Shown in pieces: positions 40,786 through 53,426 of a DNA stretch of 64,000 bases. The position numbers and the translations under genes were made by a program. The stretch comes from Haliotis cracherodii (Eukaryota). The first letter of the stretch is position 1. Each line of letters begins with the position of its first letter. Location of the stretch: the NCBI RefSeq assembly GCF_022045235.1, contig NW_027266330.1, positions 40,796,001 to 40,860,000 on the forward strand, in the 5' to 3' direction. Under the pieces are notes generated by a model that saw only the letters and a list, made by a program, of their open reading frames with translations, was not told where the DNA came from and made no database searches.

Positions 40786-43157
40786 GTCAATATCAAGGTA
40801 GTTTCATGACACAACTGCGGGGATAGTCAATACAAAGGTAGTTTTATGACACAAGTGCAGGGGTAGTCAATACAAAGGTAGTTTTATGACACAAGTGCAG
40901 GGATAGTCAATACAAAGGTAGTTTCATGACACAACTGCAGGGATAGTCAATACAAAGGTAGTTTCATGACACATCTGCAGGGACAGTCAATACCAGGGTA
41001 GTTTCATGACCCAACTGCAGGGACAGTCAATACCAGGTTAGTTTCATGACCTAACTGCAGGGACAGTCAATACCAGGGTAGTTTCATGACACAAAGGCAG
41101 GGATAGTTAATACCAGGGCAGTTTCATGACACAACTGCAGGGACAGTCAATGCCAGAGTAGTTTTATGACACACCTGCAGGGGTAGTCAATACCAGGGTA
41201 GTTTCATGACACAACTGCAGGGACAGTCAATACCAGGGTTGTTTCATGACACACCTGCAGGGATAGTTAATGCCAGGGTAGTTTCCTGACACAACTGCAG
41301 GGGTAGTCAATACCAGGGTAGTTTCATGACACAACTGCAGGGACAGTCAATACCAGGGTTGTTTCATGACACAAAGGCAGGGATAGTCAATACCAGGGTA
41401 GTTGCATGACAAAACTGCGGGGACAGTCAATACCAGGGTAGTTTCATGACACAACTGCAGGGATAGTCAATACCAGTGTTGTTTCATGACACAACGGCAG
41501 GGATAGTCAATACAAAGGTAGTTTCATGACACAATTGCTGGGGTAGTCAATATCAGGGTAGTTTCATGACACAAAGGCAGGGATAGTCAATACCAGGGTA
41601 GTTGCATGACACAACTGCGGGGACAGTCAATGCCAGAGTAGTTTTATGACACACCTGCAGGGGTAGTCAATACCAGGGTAGTTTCATGACACAACTGCAG
41701 GGACAGTCAATACCAGGGTTGTTTCATGACACAAAGGCAGGGATAGTCAATACCAGGGTAGTTGCATGACACAACTGCGGGGACAGTCAATACCAGGGTA
41801 GTTTCATGACACAACTGCAGGGATAGTCAATACCAGGGTTGTTTCATGACACAACGGCAGGGATAGTCAATACAAAGGTAGTTTCATGACACAATTGCTG
41901 GGGTAGTCAATATCAGGGTAGTTTCATGACACACCTGCAGGGGTAGTCGATACCAGGGTAGTTTCATGACACAACTGCAGGGACAGTCAATACCAGGGTT
42001 GTTTCATGACACACCTGCAGGGGTAGTCAATACAAAGGAAGTTTCATGACACAACTGCAGGGACAGTCAATGCCAGAGTAGTTTTATGACACACCTGCAG
42101 GGGTAGTCAATACCAGGGTAGTTTCATGACCCAACTGCAGGGACAGTCAATATCAGGGTAGTTTCATGACACAACTGCAGGGGTAGTCAATACAAAGGTA
42201 GTTTCATGACACACATGCAGGGACAGTCAATACCAGGGTAGTTTCATGACACAACTGCAGGGACAGTCAATATCAGGGTAGTTTCATGAGAAACCTGCAG
42301 GGGTAGTCAATACCAGGGAAAGTTCATGACCCAACTGCAGGGGTAGTCAATACCAGGGTAGTTTCATGACCCAACTGCAGGGGTAGTCAATACCAGGGTA
42401 GTTTCATGAGCCAACTGCAGGGGTAGTCAATACCAGGGTAGTTTCATGACACAACTGCAGGGGTAGTCAATACCAGGGTAGTTTCATGAGCCAACTGCAG
42501 GGGTAGTCAATACCAGGGTAGTTTCATGACCTAACTGCAGGGACAGTCAATACCAGGGTAGTTTCATGACACAACTGCAGGGACAGTCAATACCAGGGTA
42601 GTTTCATGACACAACTGCAGGGGTAGTCAATACAAAAGACGTTTCCTGACACAACTGCAGGGACAGTCAATACCAGGGTAGTTTCATGACACAACTGCAG
42701 GGACAGTCAATACCAGGGTAGTTTCCTGACACAACTGCAGGGGTAGTCAATACAAAGGAAGTTTCCTGACACAACTGCAGGGACAGTCAATACCAGGGTA
42801 GTTTCATGACACAACTGCAGGGACAGTCAATACCAGGGTAGTTTCCTGACACAACTGCAGGGACAGTCAATACCAGGGTAGTTTCATGACCCAACTGCAG
42901 GGACAGTCAATACCAGGGTAGTTTCCTGACACAACTGCAGGGGTAGTCAATACCAGGGTAGTTTCATGACCCAACTGCAGGGACAGTCAATACCAGGGTA
43001 GTTTCATGACACAACTGCAGGGACAGTCAATACCAGGGTAGTTTCCTGACACAACTGCAGGGGTAGTCAATATCAGGGAAGGTTCATGACACAACTGCAG
43101 GGGTAGTCAATACCAGGGTAGTTTCATGAAACACCTGCAGGGGTAGTCAATACAAAG
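40786..43157. repeat. 40-bp minisatellite, ~59 copies
   Basis: GTCAATACCAGGGTAGTTTCATGACACAACTGCAGGGACA. Confidence 0.97.
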
Positions 43158-44539
43158 TTAGATGGTAGAAACTGCGATTTCAGCCTACCCACCCTTTACT
43201 ATTAACATTATCAACAAATTTACCTCGATCAGAGATTTAGCACAGTTGTGAAAATATTGCTATGGAATAGACCGCCAGTTTCATGTCGACATGCTTTTTT
43301 CGACGTGATGGAGCCTGAATCTGATAGAAGGACATGAACATGTCTCTACGGGTGGTTTAAAGGTAAAGGTAAAGTATATTTTAAAAAATAATTTGCTCAT
43401 TTCATTGCACCTGGCTGGAATTGCAATCGCCAGTTTAGTGTTGTATCGATGGCAACTATTGATATTCCTTCCGACAATGGACAACTGCAGCTCGGCGATA
43501 TGGCTGGATACATCATGCATTACATCCCTAGTTTCCACACAGTGTGTGTCAAATCAAAATGACTGCTAAGCTTAAAACCTGCGCGGAAGCAACAGTTACT
43601 GTTATATTAGGTTCAGCTTCTTAGACACTGTGCTTTCTGAAATTATGATTGTGTTTGCAACGGAAAAAGCCCTATGGCATTTATATAAGATCACAGGATC
43701 CTACTTTTTAAATGAACTAAAGAACAAGTTTTCAGGGTGTGTTCGCCAACTGATCAATACATTAGGAAAGAGAATTTATGGATGTCAACTTCTTTATTAT
43801 AAGGAACACAACGTTTCGGAGAATATGATAACTCAATCAGGTGAATCAACGCTAGGATGCATAGATTATTGGATTACATATTGTTTTCAGCTCCAACTGC
43901 AAAACCAGATATTTTTAATTAAAACTATGAGCCTGAATATTCTTAAAGAAAAACTCCATCTAACAATGTCAATTTTGTGTCAGATAATTTCTCCATTTGT
44001 TTTCATCAGTCTGAAGCATAATAAAAAAAAATCAAGAATTTGGGGGAACAATGTACCCCAGTAGAACAGGAAACAGTTGAAGGGCTGGAGCTTCATGTGC
44101 AAGATGTTGAGTTACATCAATATGTGCTTTATTATACATGAACATGTTCCCATAACGAGGGAATATATATGATGGATATTGTCATCAAGTCTGTCGCCTT
44201 ATCGGAATGATGAATGCCTGAACCCAGTTATCACTGACAGTAATGTTTGTGTCTCTGGTCAGAGTGTTTGGGTAATCATGCATCCATGCTTGTCGGGCCT
44301 ACGACTAAATGTGGATTGGGTGGGTGCCGCGTGAGACTGACGGCGTGAATCTTTGAGAACAGTAAAGACGACGGGTTTGCCCTGTTCAGACATTGTGTGC
44401 CTTCACTGATGCCTTGTTCATCCTTACAAACAGTTCTACAATCTACCACTGGCACTTGTTCAGTTCGTGGTTCGCGGTTCGTGTAGACATATTAGGGGAC
44501 GGTGTACTGTTAATGAATTTCATGATCGTGGTGTATGAT

Positions 44540-44719
44540 ATGAGTGAGTGAGTGAGTGAGTGAGTGAGTATAGTTTTACGCCGCTTTTAGCAATATTCCA
44601 GCAATATCACGGCGGGGGACACCAGAAATGGGCTTCACACATTGTACCCATGTCGGGAATCGAACCCGGGTCTTCGGCGTGACGAACGTACGCTTTAACC
44701 ACTAGGCTACCTGACCGCC
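44540..44719 (-). mobile_element. tRNA-derived SINE family B
   Basis: A box TAGCCTAGTGG, B box GGTTCGATTCC, 3' tail shared with family A, (ACTC)n end; second copy at 50609-50766. Confidence 0.9.
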
Positions 44720-44883
44720 TATGACGATATGAACATATGAAGAGTTGAATGTGGATTCATTATGACACAGGTCATTCAGCCACCATAGTATTACTAGTAG
44801 GCAAAACTCCACCATAGTCTTGGCAGGTGTAGCTCAGACCTGTTTTACTGTATCAGTTCTCTAAGGTCTTCCCTAGCTGTACG

Positions 44884-46120
44884 CAACAGTCTTACCTCGA
44901 CGCTATCTATAGTTATTACCGAGGTGCACTCAACAGTCTTACCTCGACGCTATCTATAGTTATTACCGTGGTGCACTCAACAGTCTTACCTCGACGCTAT
45001 CTATAGTTATTACCGTGGTGCACTCAACAGTCTTACCTCGACGCTATCTATAGTTATTACCGTGGTGCACTCAACAGTCTTACCTCGACGCTATCTATAG
45101 TTATTACCGTGGTGCACTCAACAGCCTTACCTCGACGCTATCTATAGTTATTACCGTGGTGCACTCAACAGTCTTACCTCGACGCTATCTATAGTTATTA
45201 CCGTGGTGCACTCAACAGTCTTACCTCGACGCTATCTATAGTTATTACCGTGGTGCACTCAACAGTCTTACCTCGACGCTATCTATAGTTATTACCGTGG
45301 TGCACTCAACAGTCTTACCTCGACGCTATCTATAGTTATTACCGTGGTGCACTCAACAGTCTTACCTCGACGCTATCTATAGTTATTACCGTGGTGCACT
45401 CAACAGTCTTACCTCGACGCTATCTATAGTTATTACCGTGGTGCACTCAACAGTCTTACCTCGACGCTATCTATAGTTATTACCGTGGTGCACTCAACAG
45501 CCTTACCTCGACGCTATCTATAGTTATTACCGTGGTGCACTCAACAGTCTTACCTCGACGCTATCTATAGTTATTACCGTGGTGCACTCAACAGTCTTAC
45601 CTCGACGCTATCTATAGTTATTACCGTGGTGCACTCAACAGCCTTACCTCGACGCTATCTATAGTTATTACCGTGGTGCACTCAACAGCCTTACCTCGAC
45701 GCTATCTATAGTTATTACCGTGGTGCACTCAACAGCCTTACCTCGACGCTATCTATAGTTATTACCGTGGTGCACTCAACAGTCTTACCTCGACGCTATC
45801 TATAGTTATTACCGTGGTGCACTCAACAGTCTTACCTCGACGCTATCTATAGTTATTACCGTGGTGCACTCAACAGTCTTACCTCGACGCTATCTATAGT
45901 TATTACCGTGGTGCACTCAACAGTCTTACCTCGACGCTATCTATAGTTATTACCGTGGTGCACTCAACAGTCTTACCTCGACGCTATCTATAGTTATTAC
46001 CGTGGTGCACTCAACAGCCTTACCTCGACGCTATCTATAGTTATTTCCGTGGTGCACTCAACAGTCTTACCTCGACGCTATCTATAGTTATTACCGTGGT
46101 GCACTCAACAGTCTTACCTC
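44884..46120. repeat. 47-bp highly homogeneous array, ~26 copies, containing a minus-strand splice donor
   Basis: CAACAGTCTTACCTCGACGCTATCTATAGTTATTACCGTGGTGCACT; minus strand reads GAG|GTAAGACTGTTG. Confidence 0.96.
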
Positions 46121-46140
46121 AGTGTTGATGTAGAAGTCAT
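46118..46140 (-). CDS. Coding part (MTSTSTL) of 25-nt candidate start micro-exon 46118-46142 of plakin gene
   Basis: tgtgtgtcAG acceptor, GAG|gtaaga donor, phase 2, in frame with exon 19424-19511; donor amplified in the adjacent 47-bp array. Confidence 0.55.
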
Positions 46141-46184
46141 ATCTGACACACACGTTGTCCGGCGCCCCCATCATAAACGTCCCT

Positions 46185-46660
46185 TGTGGATACAGTGTTG
46201 TCACGTCCAGGTGGATAAAGTGATGTCACGTCCAGGTGGATACAATGATACACGTCCTGGTGGATAAAGTGATGTCACGTCCTGGTGGATACAGTGATGT
46301 CAAGTCGTGGTGGATACAGCGATGTCACGTCCAGGTGGATACAGCAATGTCACGTCCTGGTGGATACAGCGATGTTACGTGACGGTGGATACTGTGATGT
46401 CACGTCCTGGTGGATACAGCGATGTTACGTGACGGTTGATACAGTGATGTCACGTCCTGGTGGATACAGCGATGTTACGTGACGGTTGATACAGTGATGC
46501 CACGTCCTGGTGGATACAGCGATGTCACGTCCTGGTGGATACAGCGATGTCACGTGATGGTTGATACAGTAATGTCACGTCCAGGTGGATACAGCGATGT
46601 CACGTCCAGGTGGATACAGCGATGTCACGTCCAGGCGTATACAGTGATGTAGCGTCCAGT
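46185..46660. repeat. 25-bp minisatellite, ~19 copies
   Basis: GGTGGATACAGCGATGTCACGTCCT. Confidence 0.92.
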
Positions 46661-46666
46661 ACTCAC

Positions 46667-46756
46667 GTACACCTGATCACCACACGATGTAACCAATCTT
46701 CGTTATACGGCTAATATATTCCCCTGTTCGATTTGTTATTATCATGCTAAAACTGA
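46667..46756 (-). promoter_or_regulatory. Candidate TSS (Inr TCAGTT, ~46754) and non-coding first exon of plakin gene
   Basis: ATTCAGTT initiator-like motif; AC|gtgagt donor at 46666; lies upstream of the micro-exon; contains a 22-codon uORF. Confidence 0.4.
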
Positions 46757-47496
46757 ATCGCTCCCGAATCGATGTCAAGTCGCGAGGTGACAAGGGGAAT
46801 AACTAGTGTCTTTACCATAAGTAGGAACTAGTGTGTTTATCTTGAATAATGAAAAAGGATATCACCTGTCCGCAGTGGGAATGTTTCATTGGTTGGAGGG
46901 GTGTTCTTGGGCATACATGAAGACTAAGATCCTCCTTCCTACGTTATCAGTGATACCCGGATCAATATCACTCCATCTCGCGCGCTCTCATGCACGAATC
47001 CCAGTTCCGGTCGGCTGCCGAGACAGATGGATAGCGTTACCATAGTGACCGACGTGGGAAGAATGAAACACATTCTGGAACAGGTTTCTGGTGAACGTGC
47101 ACAGAATCATGGCATGGTATAAAGTCCCATAACAACCGCTGTGTGTTTGTACTAGTGAATGAACTGAGTCATATCTCAGAAATATACCTGGTTAAACTAA
47201 CTTTGGGACATCCATATATTATATGATGATTAAATCATGGCTAGCGACCAGAGGCGTGTAGTTACCTGGTGAGTGTTGCTTCAATGGCTACTTTTTAATA
47301 CATGATGGTGTCTTCAGTCTGACAGAGCTCCACCTTCTGGAGTTTGCATTCAGTGTACTGACAGCATAGCTATATTAAAATTAATATATATAAAGACATG
47401 CAAGAAAGTAGAAGATTGCATAAGACGTGATCTTCATGTAGAAACATGCCACATCTAGTGTCACGAGTGTAGTTTCTCATTACCATCCACTACTCA

Positions 47497-47743
47497 AACA
47501 TCATCACTAACATCACCGCTAACTTAATCACTAACATCATCACTAACATCATCACTAACATCATCGCTAACATCATCACTAACATCATCGCTAACATCAT
47601 CGCTAACATCATCATTAACATCAGCACTAACATCATCACTAACATCATCACTAACATCATCACTAAGATCATCGCTAACATCATCGCTAACATCATCGCT
47701 AACATCAGCACTAACATCAGCACTAACATCAGCACTAACATCA
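47497..47743. repeat. 12-bp repeat, ~20 copies
   Basis: AACATCATCACT. Confidence 0.93.
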
Positions 47744-47807
47744 GGTTTCGGGTGAGAGGGTCGGGGTTTCATCAACAGTATCAGTCAATCAGTCATAGCC
47801 AACTGGA

Positions 47808-48073
47808 CCCGTGAAGATCCGGGTTAGAATAGGTCTTCAGCGGACCATGCTTGCTCTAGCGACTATGCTTGTCGTAAAAGGCGACTAATGGGATCGAGTA
47901 GTCAGGCTCGCTGACTTGGTTGATACCTGTCATCGTATCAAAATTGCTTAGATCGATGCTCATGATGTTATTCACTGGATTGTCTAGTCCAGACTCTCGA
48001 TTATTTACAGACCGTCTTCATATAGCTGAAATATTGCTGAGTGCGGCGTTAAACAACAAACAAACAAACAAAC
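47808..48073 (+). mobile_element. SINE-like family A copy, near full length
   Basis: CCCGTGAAGATCCGGG head ... AATATTGCTGAGTGCGGCGTTAAA(CAAA)n tail. Confidence 0.88.
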
Positions 48074-48147
48074 ACTGTTTGAAGTGTACACAGTTGAGGA
48101 GTGTGTTTGGGGTGTGTGTGGGGGGAGGGGGGGGGGGGGGGGTTCTT

Positions 48148-48275
48148 TGATGTGGGAGAGCTAGGGAGGGGGTTCTAAGGTCGTAGACGTTTACCACTTC
48201 AGTGCCTCCCACGGGTACGGGTATGGCGCTGACAAACCGAAGTTTTAATCCACGATCAGCGGGCTCGCAACCACA
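48148..48275 (-). mobile_element. Degenerate fragment of SINE family C body
   Basis: TTTACCACTTC...GTATGG.GCTGACAAACCGA shared with 22520-22575. Confidence 0.55.
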
Positions 48276-48846
48276 TATACTCACATCTTAACAAAAAAAA
48301 TAAACTCAAATTGATATTTTGTTCCTGTGTATTTTGTTAATATGTTACTCTGCTGTGTTGTAAAGGGTGTAACTGTGTAGACATCATGCAGCCCATGCTG
48401 CGTGGTCCACAGCGGGACACCCGACTGTACCCGGCAGGGACAACCACACACACGTACCATACACGCACTATCTTGGGGAATAACAGTCTACAAGCTGGTA
48501 CACTCTCTGCTTTCAGTTCCCTTTCGCAAATACGATATTTAGGTTTATCAGTTTGTGCAAAGCAATCAAGTGGCACATCAGCTAGCATATACTGACTACA
48601 AGTATAGATGTGAGTAGCACGTTGCCTGTGATAGATGTTCTACTGATTGTGTGACAGTTATATTACATGACTGATATATTATCTGTAATACAAGATTTTA
48701 GTGAAGTGTATTTACACAGTCGCGCAACTATCATAGTGTCCACATCACGCCACGAGTCTACCCGGTTCTGCCACTCGCGCGCTTATGGGATTATAATGAG
48801 ATAACAAGAGTACCAGAGTCGCGTCCCTTGTTTCAACTCAGTTGAA

Positions 48847-49586
48847 GGCTCAGTCACACATTCTGGATTTTTACTGTCGTTCTTAACAGGACCATTCCCG
48901 ATTAAAATCTGTCAAAAGTCTGATCAAGATCCTGTGATTCGTGGCGGGAAATTCACAAATAATCAGATAAAGTTCAGGAAGCGTCCCGATTCAGCCGTTT
49001 CCAGCCGAATTCGTCCCGATTCTCCCGTTCTCAATCCGAATCTGATCCGATTTGTATCTTAAGCATGGTAAAAAACGACCGAATCTGTCCCGACTGCGTC
49101 CCGATTCTCCCGAATGCGAACCGACAGAGATCCAACAGTGACCGGACAGTGAACCGACAAAGACGGTTCGCATTCTGGAAGGTCTGGACTCAGTCAACAA
49201 GAAACGGCAATGAAGACTTCATGCCCGTTCATCACGACAGCGTCCCGATCCATAGGACACCGTCCAGACAAGACAGGACATTGTTACGATTTTGATCCGA
49301 TACAGCAGAATTTGTCACGACATAGTAACGATTGTAATCCGACTAGACAAAATCGGCTGCGTTTCCCGAATGTTACGGGACACACCATACTGTCGGGAGT
49401 GCTTGGCCGACCTTTCTGGACCTTTCCCGATCCGTAGGACTCTGTTACGAACGTACACGACTGCGTTCAGACAATAATAGGACATTCCAGATCATTGAGG
49501 ATTGTAATCCGACTTTTTAACTTGTGGTGTCGTATCGCTGTCTGATCTCAAACGGGAGCCATACTCGGCATTGTGTGAACCTGGCC
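48847..49586. mobile_element. Non-autonomous DNA transposon, possibly PIF/Harbinger-like
   Basis: Imperfect TIRs GGCTCAGTCACACA / TGTGTGAACCTGGCC followed by TTA; interior rich in CCGAT/CCGAC motifs. Confidence 0.55.
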
Positions 49587-50214
49587 TTATGCAGCAGTAT
49601 CTATTAAGCAACTTGACTCCATACACTGAAGTACCCACGAGTCGTCGTCACACCCTTTCAGTCGGATCCATTCGAACCCACATTCATTCGTCTACTAGTT
49701 ATGGCGCTGTATTGCACCTGAGTAAGTGTATATTATCACTGATTTTATCCAACACATTAACGCCGTGATATAACGTATTTTTTTTTTTTATTACTGTTAT
49801 TCTTACAGGTACATATATAGGTTCTCTGCTTCATAGCATTATTCACGTAATTAAGGAATAAGTATATACTCCGAAAGGTTGTGTTCCTCATAAGAAAGAA
49901 GTTTACATCCATAAATTCTCTTCCTTATTATTTTTTTTATTAAAGAACGTGGCTTAAGTGACATATCTAATAATGACACATATAAGACAAGTATGTTAAC
50001 TAATAAAGAAATCTGGTAAAATCACACATCAGTATACTATCGTTTTTTAACTTGACCCTAAAACCTAAACCTTAAAATTGTTGTGCATTTATTCGCTAGT
50101 GCTACATGTTATGTCAATTAGGTTTGCGATATTCTTATTATGTGTATATGTATTTATCAATCAGCTGAGGCCTTGAAGGGCCAAATTTCCTTCGGGACAA
50201 TAAAGTGTTCCTCT

Positions 50215-50595
50215 TCTGTACAAAACTCCTTATAAATCCATACAAATCAAGAGAGATATGTTACTGGGTCCAGAAAATGTACCACTAAATCCCTGTCTCA
50301 AAGATCAACCACAACAGTTAATACAATTAGGGAAGGCCTTTCTCTATGTTCACATACTATATTTGAGATAAGAGGAATTCATACCATGTTAATTCTCAAA
50401 ATCTCAAAAGATCTGCTTGAACTTTTGCAAGTTCAATTCTATCGAAACATTGTACTTAAAATTTTGTTCACAACTATCCCACACGACAAACTTCAGGAAA
50501 AGGTTCATTCCTTGATCCATGGGGCATTTTTGATGGTGACCATAATATATATAGTTACACATCTAACTCTAGAGGTTCAGCAAAACTAATTTTGT
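50215..50595 (+). pseudogene. Decayed reverse-transcriptase fragment, probably Penelope-like
   Basis: ILKISKDLLE and LFTTIPHDKL motifs with frameshifted GSRKCTTKSLS upstream; interrupted by SINE B. Confidence 0.55.
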
Positions 50596-50608
50596 CAAAA
50601 ATGAAAGC

Positions 50609-50766
50609 GAGTGAAAGTGAATATATTACGCCGCTTTTAGCAATATTCCAGCAATATCACGGCGGGGGACACCAGAAATGGGCTTCACACTTTCTACCCA
50701 TTTCGGGAATAGAACCCGGGTCTTCGGCGTGACGAGCGAACGCTTTAACCACTAAGCTACCCGACC
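50609..50766 (-). mobile_element. tRNA-derived SINE family B with 13-bp TSD
   Basis: CAAAAATGAAAGC at 50596-50608 and 50767-50779. Confidence 0.9.
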
Positions 50767-51164
50767 CAAAAATGAAAGCAATTGTTATTTCAAGTTTGCT
50801 GAGAATACAATACGTGACTTCCCCAGTGTTGATCTATGTCAGATATTGAAGTAAGACATTAAGGGAAGAGGTGACCACGTGTCCATGATATACATCTAGA
50901 TCTATAGTACAATCGACGCTGCTTTTTGGCAGAGATTTCTTATGAATATGGAGAGGGTTTTGACGCTTTCATTCAGAGACCCATGGGCACTGATCTCAGT
51001 TGTCACCGTGACAGGACACTGCATGAACACTCTAAATTCCACATAGTTGATGCATCTATGCAAGGTTTATGTTACTCGTGAAAATGTCATAAAACGGTTT
51101 TCGATCACGAGTGACATTGAGAAAACGAACCTGAAACAAATAGATAGATCTATGTTTTATATTT

Positions 51165-51395
51165 TTGTGTTTTACGCCGCACTCAGCAATATCCCACAGA
51201 TATAACGGCGGTCTGTAAATAATCGTGTCTGGACCAGACAGTCCAGTGATAATATGAGCATTGACCTACGCAATTGGGATACGATGGCATGCTTCAACCA
51301 AGTCAACGAGGCTGACCACCGATCCCATTTGTCGCCTCTTACGACAAGCATGGCTTGCTGAATACCTTATCTAACCCGGATGGGCTATTCACGTG
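51165..51395 (-). mobile_element. SINE-like family A copy
   Basis: Homology to other family A copies. Confidence 0.83.
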
Positions 51396-51640
51396 TCCGC
51401 GAAACAAGGAATCGATCGATGTAGGACTTTGGTGTGCGGACTTCATGTTTAACAACTGCTATTGCCTATTTTGCTACACACTACTATGGAATTATACGAA
51501 TCATGTATGTTTCTGTCAAAATTTCATGATACTGCTGAAACAAAATAAAAAGTAAGTTTACATCTAACACGGCGATTCTGTAATAGGCTTCCCCGTTCCT
51601 GGTCTGGTCTGCACTCCGAGTTTGCGCGAGACAGGTGCGC

Positions 51641-51653
51641 GTTGTGCAGCAAC
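51641..51653 (+). promoter_or_regulatory. Possible RFX X-box-like motif in ANKRD42 promoter
   Basis: GTTGTGCAGCAAC ~65 nt upstream of the ATG in a CpG-rich patch; imperfect match. Confidence 0.25.
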
Positions 51654-51715
51654 AACGTCAACAAACCCGGACGAAGCAGATCTGTGGTTGGATTTGATCT
51701 CCTCAAGAATACGAA

Positions 51716-51722
51716 ATGCCAG
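51716..51722 (+). CDS. ANKRD42: ANKRD42 exon 1 (ATG CCA G)
   Basis: ATGCCAG|gtaatt gives an MPG start as in vertebrate ANKRD42; phase 1 matches exon 2. Confidence 0.7.
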
Positions 51723-52570
51723 GTAATTCTCGCACTCTTTGTGTCAAATGGATCACTGGAATACTGTAATGTTTTAATGAACACTCATCAACCACTAGAA
51801 ATCTAAGAACAATGTTTCCACCATTGGTTTGTCATTCGCAAGCCCGTGACATGCTCTGTTGTAATCTGTTGTTATTGTAATCCCGTCACTGTCAGTCCTT
51901 GCCTTGCTCCGTGGATTCTCCACACTTTTACATTTTATACCAGACCCGTAACACTCGCACACTAAAGGTTTCTGGGTGAATATCAAAGACTCATTCAAGA
52001 AGACTTAATCGATCAATGATTTTATATAGATCTACATGTCATAATTAATAACTGAACAACAACTGATTTGAGATATTTTAGTTCAGAAACATATCCGAGT
52101 TTTAGCAGTTATTGCACTTGTGCGAGGACCCACCTCCCTGCCATTCATTGACACAATCTACACTCTCAACCAGCATTTTGAGAGCATTTTCTTCCTAGAA
52201 AACCTTGTTGCGAGGCTGACGTCACATGGCATTGTTTCACCGATGGATCTTGCAACAAAATTCCACAAATTACGTCATCGGGTATTGTTACGTTATGGTA
52301 AACTTAGAGATGCAAGGCCCGTTCCACAAGGCGCAACGACAGTCGTTAGTCTAAGTTAAAGTATGTGAGTTGCGATAGTCTTAGACCTACGATAATTTTG
52401 TGTATTCTAAAGGTGGACCGTTGTATGGTATTAAATTCATACGTTTCAACTTTTGACGTGTTTGAAGTATCATTTTTTTAAACTCAATTGGACTATGCCG
52501 TGGATCGTGTAGGTGTCAGCCTATTCATACTCAACAGTATAATTAAAAAAACATTATAAATGGCAAGTAA

Positions 52571-52726
52571 TAAATAAAATACTAAACTCGCTCCCGTGTA
52601 AAACCAATTTTATGAAGCTCGTGAATAGTTGTGGTTTCTGACTCGCTTTCGCTCGTCAGATACCACAACTATTCACTCGTTTCATAAAATTGGTATTACA
52701 CGGGAGCTCGTTTGGTATTCTATATT
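52571..52726. mobile_element. Palindromic MITE, second family
   Basis: Whole element is an imperfect hairpin centred on CTCGCTTTCGCTCG; partial copy at 28078-28187. Confidence 0.8.
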
Positions 52727-53426
52727 CATAACACAAATGTATCCATGAAATAATAATATTTCACAATTATTATATTACTGCTTCACTATATGTAAATACA
52801 TATAAATTTGCCTGCATATCTCGAATTTGAAGTATGAAAACAAAGCACTATCTCGACCCTTGGACACAGTCCCAGCTTTAACTTAACTGTAGAATTTTGT
52901 ACCTTTATCTCGAAGTTGATATTGCCACATGAACAGTTTTGAGAAGCACAAATATATCTAGTATATTTCCCACACATCTCAACCAATTGTTCCACCAATT
53001 ATGTACTTGTGTTTTGATCCAACTGTAGTGGTCATCTTTATTAACAAATAAAACATCATGTGTTGACATGATTAGAAATATATGGCATCACTTACCTGGT
53101 TGCATCAAAAAGTGCCAGTCATATTGTGATTACAGGAATCAAAGCTTCGGGCAGGAGTGGCACTTTGTTGCTTTTGTTAAGTCATTGTTGCTATGCTTAA
53201 TGAGGTACATGGGCACAGTACATACATTGTCACAATTGTTATTGATATTGCCAGCAAAATAATTTCAATTTGTCATCACATGTATACAGGTGTTGTGTTC
53301 TTAGTTTTGCTATTTATCTATAATCCTGTTACTTGATCCAGCTGGATGTTCATGCTCGATTCAACAACATGGCCCTGCTAGGTTCGAGATAATAGGGTTG
53401 GACTGACAACATCAAATCCTCGAAAT

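Noticed and set aside
40786-43157. Possible hidden exon at the ends of the 40-bp and 42-bp arrays
   Set aside because: Units contain splice-like motifs (CCCTGCAG, GG|GTAGTT), but I found no convincing phase-compatible exon at either end
43630-44064. 144-aa ORF in unique sequence
   Set aside because: AT-rich, non-ATG start, no recognisable motif or splice pattern
44645-44719. tRNA gene-like sequence (also ~50700-50766, 22590-22687)
   Set aside because: SINE heads with A/B boxes fused to body and tail, dispersed, with a TSD at one copy; not intact tRNAs
44884-46120. CRISPR-like regular arrays (also 40786-43157, 20030-21580)
   Set aside because: No unique spacers, no cas genes, eukaryotic intronic context
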